Shown here: piece after piece, positions 39,961 to 48,904 of the stretch
Position numbering within the stretch: the first letter of the stretch is position 1
How the letters are laid out: the number at the start of each line of letters is the position of its first letter
NCBI GenBank assembly: GCA_963754085.1
Contig: CAVWFA010000012.1
Span: 38,638 to 102,637 of the forward strand
DNA from: Candidatus Aminicenantes bacterium
GTDB taxonomy: Bacteria; Acidobacteriota; Aminicenantia; Aminicenantales; Saccharicenantaceae
Length of the DNA: 64,000 nucleotides
Direction: 5' to 3'
Notes under the pieces: model-generated
The model's database searches: none
Told to the model about the DNA's origin: nothing
The model's input: only the letters and a program-made list of their open reading frames with translations
Translations under genes and position numbers: made by a program

Positions 39961-40234
39961 CTATTAATTTAGTTAATAATGATGCTGCATGTAAAATTCT
40001 TTAGCTTGGAGCGTCGGCCCAGATTCCCCGGCCCGGCCGACCTGAGGGGAGCTCCCCCGTAGAGGTCCGCTTGACACGGCATTTCAACCGGTATGCAGCA
40101 ACCGGTATGCCAAATGAGGGGGAGAGAGCGGGAAATCCCCGCCGCCGGACGGACCTCCGGCGAGCGGGGATTAACGGACAGGATCCCGGCTGACGCCCCG
40201 GGGCCGGGACGTCAGCGGGGGGATGAGCCAGTCG

Positions 40235-40822
40235 TTACTTGACCTTGGCGACGTCTTTCAGCCAGACCTTGACGGCGCCGTAATCGTCGATGACGATGGA
40301 ACCCGACGCGGCGTCGACTTTGATCTTGGCCGCGGGATCGATCTCACCGTCGCCCTTGTCGCTCGAGTCGAGGATCAGCATCGCCAGCCCGAGCACGAAA
40401 TCTTCCTTGGGCTTGCTGCCGGACATGCCGGCCATCACGTAATGGATCGGCTTGGCGGTGACGACGGTCACGATCCGGCCGGCGCCGGGACCCATCGAAC
40501 GGGACCAGGCGTACTTGATCGGCGTGCTTTTGCCAAGAACGTCGAGAGTGCCGAGGTCCGGCATCTTCTCGAGGACATCGCGGGCGGCCAGGCTGCCCCC
40601 CTTGGACAGGGCGTCCATGACGGACATGCGCTCGGCATCCGTCAAGTACCGGTCGATGACGATCTTGACGGGCTCAGCGGCTTTCTGGCTCCCCGTCTTC
40701 GCTGTGGCCGTGGCCGTGAACGTTTCCGCCGTTCCCTGGGCCGACAGGACGGACGGCAGCAGGAAGAGACCCGCCAATACCAGCGCCCCGACGTATGTCA
40801 AACCGAAGATCCTACGCTTCAT
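40235..40822 (-). CDS. Hypothetical secreted protein of 195 aa.
   Basis: An ORF with a signal peptide. Confidence 0.45.
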   Translation of the reverse strand: MKRRIFGLTYVGALVLAGLFLLPSVLSAQGTAETFTATATAKTGSQKAAEPVKIVIDRYLTDAERMSVMDALSKGGSLAARDVLEKMPDLGTLDVLGKSTPIKYAWSRSMGPGAGRIVTVVTAKPIHYVMAGMSGSKPKEDFVLGLAMLILDSSDKGDGEIDPAAKIKVDAASGSIVIDDYGAVKVWLKDVAKVK

Positions 40823-41034
40823 CTCGACTCTCCTTTCTTCGGCAGGGATTTCATGGCCCGTCTCCCGGGCGGCCCCTGCGAGCTTCGTACGTTATTCCGT
40901 ATTCTACCGTCGGGCGGCGTCGGCGTCAATGGGACCTAAGTCCAGAGGTCCGAGACCCGGCGCTTGACAGCCCGCTTCGTCCGGGCCAATCTATAGGGAA
41001 GCTGTGCCATTCTCCCGTGCGAAAGGACGCCCTC

Positions 41035-41946
41035 ATGCCATCGTCCCATGAATTCCAGGCCCGGACCCTCCCTGCCTTTCTCGTGCTGGCCGCCGTTTTC
41101 GCCGGCGGGCTCCAGGCGGCCCCCCAGACAGTCTCCGGAAAGGATGAGAAGCCTTCCTACTTCACCCGGCTCTGGCAGCTCGATGAGCAGGCCCGCGCCG
41201 GCCGGCCCTGGGTCACCTTCCACCGGTCCAACTACGCCTTGGCCTTCTCCTACAACTTCTGGCCCAACCCCGAGCCCCTGCAGGAAGTCGATCCGGCGAA
41301 GACCCTGGTCAAGCCCGAGGTCACGTTCCAGCTGAGCTTCAAGGCCAAGCTCTGGCAGGACATCTTCGGCAAGAAGATCGACCTCTGGTTCGCCTACACC
41401 CAGCGGTCCTTCTGGCAGCTCTACAATTTCGCCGACAGCTCGCCCTTCCGGGAGACGAATTACGAGCCCGAGGTTCTTTTTAATTTCCGGACCAACTTCG
41501 GCATCCTCGGATTGAAGACCCGCTTCATCCAGGTCGGCTTGAACCACCAGTCGAACGGCCAGTCGGAGCCCCTGTCCCGGAGCTGGAACCGGCTGGTGGC
41601 CAACGTCGGCCTCGAGCGGGGGAGCTTCTCGCTCCTCCTGAAAGGCTGGTACCACTTCCCGGAAAGCCCCGAGGAGGACGACAATCCCGGGATCAATTCG
41701 TACATGGGTTACGGGGAGGTCTGGGGCTACTATTTCATCAAGTCCCACCGGCTGGGTCTCATGCTCCGCAATAATCTGGACTTCGACGAGAACCACGGCG
41801 CCATCCAGCTCGAGTGGAGCTTTCCGTTGTTCGCCCAGATGGCCGGCTACGTCCAGTACTACCTCGGCTACGGCGAGTGCCTGCTCGACTACGACCACCG
41901 CGTCAACCGGATCGGGATCGGGTTCATCTTCGCCGATTGGAAGTAG
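41035..41946 (+). CDS. pldA: Outer-membrane phospholipase A1 (OMPLA/PldA family).
   Basis: A signal peptide is followed by the OMPLA beta-barrel motifs (YTQRSFWQLYN, HQSNGQS). Confidence 0.7.
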   Translation: MPSSHEFQARTLPAFLVLAAVFAGGLQAAPQTVSGKDEKPSYFTRLWQLDEQARAGRPWVTFHRSNYALAFSYNFWPNPEPLQEVDPAKTLVKPEVTFQLSFKAKLWQDIFGKKIDLWFAYTQRSFWQLYNFADSSPFRETNYEPEVLFNFRTNFGILGLKTRFIQVGLNHQSNGQSEPLSRSWNRLVANVGLERGSFSLLLKGWYHFPESPEEDDNPGINSYMGYGEVWGYYFIKSHRLGLMLRNNLDFDENHGAIQLEWSFPLFAQMAGYVQYYLGYGECLLDYDHRVNRIGIGFIFADWK

Positions 41947-42035
41947 CGGCCCTTCTCGGAAACCCAGGTTCACCTGCACGCCGCATTTCCATCCTCAGGG
42001 TAAGCCGGGCGGGCAGGGGAGTCGTCAGGAAGCTG

Positions 42036-42911
42036 TCAAGAATTTGTCAGCATTTCCGTGTAGGTGGCGTTCTGGCGGATCTGGTCGACGGCGTTCTCGG
42101 CGTAGATGCCGACGCAGACGCCGTCCTTGCGCCGGATGTGGTTGAACGCGTATTCGAACCCTTCGGCGGCCGTGAGCCGGCCGGCCGCGAGGATCTTGTA
42201 GGCGATGACCGGCTTCCCCAGCCGGGTGATCGTCGCCGCGGCCTTGTCCCGTTCGGCGGCGCTGTAATCGCTCGTCTTGGAAGCGTTATACATGCACTGA
42301 TAGTAGAAATCCGTCGGGAAGCCCCGCCGCTCGAGCTCCGGATGGATCTCCGGCCAGTGGGCGGCGGCCCCGGCCGGCAGCCCGGCCTTCTTGATGTGCT
42401 CGATCCAGGTCCTCAGGCTGTCGAAGGCACCCTTGGCGAACTGTTCCTCGACCCGGGCGCCCTGGATGAAGACCGCCGCCGCGCCGGCCTCGACGGACCG
42501 GTCGATCTCCTGGAGCATCTGCTCCGGGGCGCCGTGGCACTGCGAGATCCAGTTCTCGAGCTTGCCGCCGCCGGCCCTGTAACGCGTCCAGAGCTTCCGC
42601 CAGCGCTCGTCCGGGGGACTGGCCAGGGCGGTCAGCCCGCACGAAGCCGCTTCGTCGAGGATGCGCATGATCCTCTCGTCCGTATGGAACCGCCGCATCT
42701 CCTCGTCGAGCCGGGCCGACTTGTGGGAATACCCCCAGAACGGGTTCGAGCCCAGGATGAGGCGCGAAACCTCGAGCGTCCCCAGGCGCACGGTCGGGAG
42801 CACGGCTTTATCCCCCGGCCGTCGGGCCGCTCCCGACAAAGCGTTCCGGCCGGCCGCCGCGCCGCTCGCCGCAAGGGCCGCGCCCGCCACCAGGAATTCG
42901 CGCCGTTTCAT
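42036..42911 (-). CDS. Hypothetical Tat-signal periplasmic protein of 291 aa.
   Basis: The N-terminus MKRREFLVAGAALAASGAAAG is Tat-signal-like. Confidence 0.45.
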   Translation of the reverse strand: MKRREFLVAGAALAASGAAAGRNALSGAARRPGDKAVLPTVRLGTLEVSRLILGSNPFWGYSHKSARLDEEMRRFHTDERIMRILDEAASCGLTALASPPDERWRKLWTRYRAGGGKLENWISQCHGAPEQMLQEIDRSVEAGAAAVFIQGARVEEQFAKGAFDSLRTWIEHIKKAGLPAGAAAHWPEIHPELERRGFPTDFYYQCMYNASKTSDYSAAERDKAAATITRLGKPVIAYKILAAGRLTAAEGFEYAFNHIRRKDGVCVGIYAENAVDQIRQNATYTEMLTNS

Positions 42912-42915
42912 GGGC

Positions 42916-43806
42916 CTACTTCCCGTTCTTTTCGAGGCTCCGGAAGACGAGCTCCAGCCATTGGGCCGGCTTCAGGAAGCCCTTGGCCCAGGCCTCCAGG
43001 TCCGGAGGCAGGCCCGCGGCCTTGATCTCGTCGAGAGTCTTGCCCGCCTTCATCTGTTTCCGGACGAGGTCGGCCGAAGAGACGAGCATGCCGCGGAAGG
43101 CCTTGAGCTCGGCCACGCCGGCGAGCGGGCCGTGGCCGGGGATGATCTTCGCGTCCGCCGGCAGGCCGGCCAGGATCGTGTCCAGGTCGCGGACCCAGTT
43201 GTCGATGTCGCCGCCGTTAGCCACGTCGAGGAAGGGGAACATGCCGTTGAAGAACATGTCGCCCATGTGGACGACCTTCAGCCCGTCGATGAAGACGACC
43301 GTGTCCCCGCCCGTGTGGGCGCGGGGAAAATGGACCAGCCGGACGACCTGGCCGCCCGCATACAGCGTCAGTTTGTCGGAAAAGGTGATCACGGGGAGGG
43401 CCGCCGCCGGAAGGGCCTTGGTCGTGCCGCCCATGAGGGACTGGTCCTTCTCGACGAGCGCCCGGACGTTCTCGTGAGAGATGATGACCGCGGCGGGCCC
43501 GAACGCCTTGTTCCCGTCCGTGTGGTCGGAGTGCCAGTGGGTGTTGACCAGGAAACGGACGCGGTCGCCGCCGGGAAGGGCCTTGACGGCGTCCCGGATC
43601 CCGGCCGCCACGCGCTCGAACATGGCGTCGATCATGACCAGCCCGGCCTCATCGGCCACGATGCCGATATTGCCGCCTCCGCCTTGGACCATATAGACCG
43701 GCCCGGCGACCGGGATGAGCTCGATCTTCGGCGGGGCCTGCTGGGCTTGGGCGAAAAGGGCCAGGCAGGGGACCAGGATCAGGATGTCGAGGACTTTTTT
43801 TCTCAT
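42916..43806 (-). CDS. MBL-fold metallo-hydrolase with a signal peptide (B3 beta-lactamase-like or a related family).
   Basis: The HWHSDH metal-binding motif, a later H and DH ligands are present in a secreted protein. Confidence 0.65.
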   Translation of the reverse strand: MRKKVLDILILVPCLALFAQAQQAPPKIELIPVAGPVYMVQGGGGNIGIVADEAGLVMIDAMFERVAAGIRDAVKALPGGDRVRFLVNTHWHSDHTDGNKAFGPAAVIISHENVRALVEKDQSLMGGTTKALPAAALPVITFSDKLTLYAGGQVVRLVHFPRAHTGGDTVVFIDGLKVVHMGDMFFNGMFPFLDVANGGDIDNWVRDLDTILAGLPADAKIIPGHGPLAGVAELKAFRGMLVSSADLVRKQMKAGKTLDEIKAAGLPPDLEAWAKGFLKPAQWLELVFRSLEKNGK

Positions 43807-43853
43807 TTCGAACTCTCCTTCAGATCAAGAGGGATAGTCCCTATCGGGAGTCC

Positions 43854-44717
43854 CTATCGGGCGCCGATCACGTCTTTGAGACCCTCGAGATTGGCCGCGG
43901 CGATCTGCTCGCCCTTCAAGGCGATCCGTCCCGGTTCGGAAAAGCTCAGCAGCCCCAGGTCGACGGGGATCCTCAGGACGAAATCGGCGTGGCGCGTCCG
44001 TTCCTCGAACGACGCCGCGGTGGCCACCTCGACCGTCCTCTGGATGATCTGGAACGTGCTCTTGAGCTTTTCCCGGGGCAGTCTTTTCAACGGACGGTGG
44101 ACGTCGACGAGGACGGCGACCTCGGCTCCCGCCGCCCGGGCCGCCTCGACGGGGGCGTTGTTGAGGACGCCGCCGTCGAGAAGGAGCATTCCGCCCATCC
44201 GGACGGGTTCGAAGACGAGGGGCACCGACATGGTCGCCCTGAGGGCCCGGCTGAGCCGGCCCCGGGTGAACAGCACCTCCCGCCCGGAAACGAGATCGAC
44301 GGCGTTGCAGACGAACTTCACCGGCAGGTCCTCGATGCGGACCGGGCCGACGCACTTCTTCAGAAAAGCCTCGATCGAGTCGCCCTTGTCCCCGCTGATC
44401 TTGTTGATGAACCTGTTCTTATAGTCGGCGAGCAGAAGGTCCTCGAACAGGTTCCGCGGCCGCTTTTTGAGGAGGCCGGGGCGGGCCGCCTTTCCGGCGG
44501 GAACGCCCAAGCCCATGCCGTCGAAGAGCATCTCGGTCAGCTGTGTCCCGGACATGCCGGCCGCATAGAGCCCGCCGACCAGCGCCCCCATGGACGTGCC
44601 GGCGACGACGTCCGGGACGAGCCCGTGCTTCTCGAGGACCCGGATGACGCCCACGTGGGCCAGCCCGCGGGCGCCGCCGCCCATGAGGACCAGGGCCCAT
44701 TTCTTTGAGGATGTCAT
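43854..44717 (-). CDS. Patatin-like phospholipase.
   Basis: The motifs GGGARG and GTSMGA (the catalytic Ser in GxSxG) are present. Confidence 0.75.
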   Translation of the reverse strand: MTSSKKWALVLMGGGARGLAHVGVIRVLEKHGLVPDVVAGTSMGALVGGLYAAGMSGTQLTEMLFDGMGLGVPAGKAARPGLLKKRPRNLFEDLLLADYKNRFINKISGDKGDSIEAFLKKCVGPVRIEDLPVKFVCNAVDLVSGREVLFTRGRLSRALRATMSVPLVFEPVRMGGMLLLDGGVLNNAPVEAARAAGAEVAVLVDVHRPLKRLPREKLKSTFQIIQRTVEVATAASFEERTRHADFVLRIPVDLGLLSFSEPGRIALKGEQIAAANLEGLKDVIGAR

Positions 44718-44880
44718 CGAATGCGCCCCAAGGATAACACTGCAACGGAGGCCCGTCAACGGAGGTTCCCGGGGGTGGGAAATCACCGCCCGAATCACCT
44801 CCCGGGGGGATTCCCCCGCGTCTCGCTCCGCCGGAGAATGGGGAACGAAGAGCGGACAACGCACGCCCCAGGAGCCGGAC

Positions 44881-45243
44881 ATGTACGAGAGACGCAAGAG
44901 ACACCGGTTCATCGAACGGAACGACGTCCTCATCCGGACCGCCGTCGACCGGTACCAGGGCGCGGGCATCGCCGCCCATACCTTCGATCTGTCCACCGGC
45001 GGGGCGAGGATCGTCACGTCAAAGAGCTACACCATCGGAACGGCCATCCGGATCCGACTCTGCCTCAACGGGACCGACCATCCGGTCAACCTCGACGGGG
45101 TCGTCCGGTGGGTCAAAGAAAGGGACGGCGAGGACCTCTACGAGATCGGCGTGGAGTTCGAGCGCCTGACGTCCCAGGCCGTCCTGACGCTGATCCGGCA
45201 TCTCTACGGCCGGCAGGAAGGCATCCCCTCGACCGTCGCCTAG
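44881..45243 (+). CDS. PilZ-domain protein.
   Basis: The RxxxR motif (RHRFIERNDV) and DLSTGGARI are present. Confidence 0.55.
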   Translation: MYERRKRHRFIERNDVLIRTAVDRYQGAGIAAHTFDLSTGGARIVTSKSYTIGTAIRIRLCLNGTDHPVNLDGVVRWVKERDGEDLYEIGVEFERLTSQAVLTLIRHLYGRQEGIPSTVA

Positions 45244-46365
45244 CTAGTTCCCGCCTTTTAAGAAGAACCCGGCCACCTTGAGGGCCATGTCCGTGGCCTC
45301 GGCGTCGGACCGGTTGGCCAGGACGATGACCGTGAGGCCGTCGGCCGTGAAGCGGTGGATGGCCGTCCGGAATCCCGCCGTTTCCCCGTAGTGCCACATC
45401 CGCGGATGCCCCTCCCAGCCGTTGAGGAACCAGCCGAATCCGTAGTCGGCCGGCTCGCCGTCGGGTCCGCTCGGACCCTTGCCCGGCACGCGCACCGGGG
45501 TCAGGGCCGGCTTCATGTCCGCCTCGCCGAGCAGGCGGTGGCTGCGGAGCGCTTCGTCCCACAGAGAGAGATCGTAGAGCGAGGAATAGACTCCGCCGTC
45601 CCCGAGGGTCGCCGAGGTCGGGCTCTGGTCGGTGAAGCGCCAGCGGCCGCCCTCCTTCGTGTAGCCGAACGCGCGGTCGGGGACGGCGGTCCGGCCGCGG
45701 ACGAAGGCCACGGTGTTGGACATCCTCAGAGGCTCGAAGATCCGCTCGCGCAGGAACGTGGGAAAGGACCGGCCCGAGACCTTGGCGACGATGAGGCCGA
45801 GCAGGACGTAGCCGGAGTTGCTGTAGCGCCAGAGCGCCCCGGGCTTGAACCACCCGGCCGGCTGGCCTTTCAGGAGCTCGAGGACCCCGGCGTCGTCGAT
45901 CTGCGTCTCCTCGACCGGCCCGGCCGGACCGGCGGCCGGCATGAGGCCCTCGTAATCGGGCAGGCCCGAGGTGTGATCGAGGAGGTGGCGCACGCGGATG
46001 CCGCGGCCGTATTCCGGGAAGTCCGGGAAGAGATCGGTCAGGCTGTCCTCGTAGCGGAGCTTGCCGTCGCGCACCAGGAGCATCACGGCCATGGCGGTGA
46101 ACTGTTTCGTGACCGAGGCCAGGCGGAACGACGTCCGGCCGTCGATCGGCCGCATCCCCTGGAGCTCCGCGACGCCGCGCGTGCCGAGGTAGACGACCTT
46201 TCCGTCCCGCAGCACCAGGATGCCTGCGCCGGGCTCGCGTTCCGAGCCGAGGCCCGCGAGGATCGCGTCGGCGAGCTGGTGGGGCTTGTCGGCGGCCCCG
46301 GCCGGGCGGCCGGCGGAAGCGAACGGCAGGGCCAGGACGAGGAGAAAGAGCGCGGCGATCTTCAT
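45244..46365 (-). CDS. Secreted serine hydrolase of the beta-lactamase (class C/PBP4-like) family.
   Basis: A signal peptide is followed by the SxxK motif (SVTKQF) and YSN. Confidence 0.7.
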   Translation of the reverse strand: MKIAALFLLVLALPFASAGRPAGAADKPHQLADAILAGLGSEREPGAGILVLRDGKVVYLGTRGVAELQGMRPIDGRTSFRLASVTKQFTAMAVMLLVRDGKLRYEDSLTDLFPDFPEYGRGIRVRHLLDHTSGLPDYEGLMPAAGPAGPVEETQIDDAGVLELLKGQPAGWFKPGALWRYSNSGYVLLGLIVAKVSGRSFPTFLRERIFEPLRMSNTVAFVRGRTAVPDRAFGYTKEGGRWRFTDQSPTSATLGDGGVYSSLYDLSLWDEALRSHRLLGEADMKPALTPVRVPGKGPSGPDGEPADYGFGWFLNGWEGHPRMWHYGETAGFRTAIHRFTADGLTVIVLANRSDAEATDMALKVAGFFLKGGN

Positions 46366-46444
46366 GGCGGGTCCCCCGGCGGAATTCCTCTCGAGCGCAT
46401 CGTAGACCATGGGCCCGGGGAATTCAAGGGCCGGGCGGAGGTGG

Positions 46445-48839
46445 TCAGTCGAACTTGAACTGCTTGTCGCGGAACAGGCGCAGGCAGGCGTCGACGACCT
46501 CACGGTCGTAGAGGATGCCCCGCTTCAGCGAGATCTCTTCGAGGGCGGCCCCGACGCCCAGGGCCGGGCGGTAGGGACGGTGGGAGGACATGGCTTCGAC
46601 GACGTCCGCGACGCACAGGATCCGGGCCTCGAGGAGGATGTCCTTGCCGGCCAGGCCCTGAGGGTAGCCGGAGCCGTTGACGAGCTCGTGGTGTTCGTGG
46701 ACGATCCTGGCGATGGGCCAGGGGAAGTCGATCTTGCTCAGGATGGTAAAGCCGGCCTGGGAGTGCATCTTGATCAGGGCGTACTCGAGGTCCGTCAGCT
46801 TGGTCGGCTTGCTCAGGATCTCGGCGGGCACATAGAGCTTGCCGATGTCGTGGATGACCCCGGCGATCTCGATGGCCTCCACGCTTTCCTCGGGGAGGCC
46901 CATCTCGCAGGCGATGGCCCGGGCCAGGCGGGTGGTGCGCTCCTGGTGGCCGGCCGTGTAGGGGTCCCGCATCTCGATGGCCGATGACAGCGAATCGATC
47001 GAGGCCTTCAGGGTCGACCGCAGCTTGGTCAGGCCTTCCCGGAGGTCCGTCTCGGCCCGCTTGCGCTCGGTGATGTTCCGGCAAAGATAGACGATGCTGT
47101 AGGGGGCCCCCCCCGCGTCGCGGAGGATGGCGCCGTCGATCTCGAACGGGATCCGGCCCCCGGACTTGAAGACCAGGCCGATCTCCTGGGGCCCGATCTT
47201 CTTGTCGAACATGAGCCGCGAGGCGAAGACGGCCTTCTCCCGGTCCTCGGGAGCGACGAAATCGAAGACGTTCAGGCCGGACAGGCCCTCCGGGCCGGCG
47301 TCCCCGTACATCCGGTTGGCGACTTCGTTGGCGAACAGGACGTTCCCGGACAGGTCTGTCCGGATGATGAGGTCCGGGATCGAGGCGACGAGCCGGCGGT
47401 AGAGCTCCTCGCTGTCGCGCAGCGCCGTCTCCGTCCGGAAGCGCTCCGTGACGTCCTCGACGAGAGAGGCCACGCCGATGACCTTGCCCGACCCGTCGAC
47501 GAGCGAGGTGTTGTACCACTCGCAGAAGATGGCCCGGCCGTCCTTGGTGACGTTCTCATTGGTGCTCCGCTCGCCGCCCCGGTTGGCCATGAGGTCGGAC
47601 CAGGTGCGTTCCACCTGGCCCTTGAACTTCTCGGGGACGATGAACTCGGCGTGCCGCCCGACGGCCTCCGCCGCCGAGTGAGCCGAAGATGCGCTCGGCG
47701 GCGTGGTTCCATTGGAGGATGCAGAAGCTGGTGTCCCACTCGATGACCGCCAGGGGCGTCTTCTGGATGTGGAGGGAGAGCCTCTGCTCGCTCCGGCGGA
47801 GGGCTTCTTCGGCCCCGACGCGCTCGATCGAGCGGGCGACTTGGGAGGAGACGAACTCGAGCATGCGCTGTTCGACCGGGCCGTAGGCGCTCGGGTTGCC
47901 GTAGTGCTGCACGACCATGGCCCCCTTCGTCTTGCCGTCGACGATGAGCGGGACGCCGAGCCAGACCGTGGACGGGGCTCCGACGATCTCGACCTCGCCG
48001 CGGCTGCGCAGGATCCGGTCCGTCATCTCGTCGCAGAGGAGGGACCGTCCCGTCCGGATGACGTACTCCGTCAGCCCCTTGCCGGGCTTGATCGGCGGCG
48101 GGGGAGGATCGATCTCGTCGACGAAATAGGGGAAACGGATGAGGTCCTTCTCCTTGTCGTAGAGGGCGATGTAGAAGTTCGAGGCCGGCATGACGGTGCC
48201 GATGATGCCGTGGACCGACCGGAACAGGCTGTCCAGCCCGGACGACAGATCGGCGGCCTGGGCGATCTTGTAGACGGCGTTCTGGAGCAGCTCCCCCTGC
48301 TTCCGGTGATGGATGTCCTGCATCATGCCGATCATGCGCCGGAGGTCTTTGTCGTCCTCGATGAGGAAGAAGCCGCGGTCGTGGAGCCAGCGGTAGCTTC
48401 CGTTCTTGTGCCGGAACCGGTAGTCGACGTCGTAGGTCTGGCGGTCCCGTTCCGCGGCCTCGAGGAGCCGGACGGCCTCCTCCCTGTCGTCGGGATGGAT
48501 GCGCGCCGTCCACTCGTCGATGCCGCCCATCTCGTGGGGCTCGTAGCCGAGGACCTCTTCGACGCGGCCGCTCCACTTGATCTCGCCCGTCGGCAGGTCG
48601 TAATCGTAGACGACCTGGCCCGAGGCGGCGATGATGAGCTCGTACTTCTTGCGCTCGTTGATGTAGGGCGCCTTGTAGGTCCGGGCCTCGGACTTGACGA
48701 TCGGAACGGCCGGCTCGATCGCGCCGTCCCAGGCGTCGGCGGAGGGGGGGGCCGCATCGGCCAGGATCGTATAGTTCTTGCCGAAGATCCGCATCTTATC
48801 CTCGGCGGGAGTTTCGCTCAGGGGGCTCCCCCCGTCCAT
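46445..48839 (-). CDS. Multidomain signalling protein with PAS, GAF, PAS and HD-GYP regions. A 1-bp frameshift lies near 47675-47685.
   Basis: The HD-GYP motifs (HHE...GSGYP) lie in the C-terminal ORF and the PAS/GAF regions in the N-terminal ORF. The two ORFs join across ERIFG|YSAAEAVGRHAEFIVPEKFKGQ. Confidence 0.6.
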
Positions 48840-48904
48840 CCCCTTGGGGTGCTATTCGGGGGGTGATATTCGGCCCGCCCGCCTCACCCTCAGGGAGGGG
48901 GCGC

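Noticed and set aside
40223-40939. The 238-aa plus-strand ORF overlapping the secreted-protein gene.
   Set aside because: It is antisense to an ORF with a clear signal peptide and has no start context. It is judged spurious.
34125-46365. Genomic island integrated at tRNA-Arg, because the genes downstream are accessory-type (hydrolases, blaI/blaR1, OMPLA, patatin).
   Set aside because: No integrase, no direct repeat of the tRNA 3' end and no GC-content shift were seen. The content looks like normal soil-bacterium accessory chromosome.
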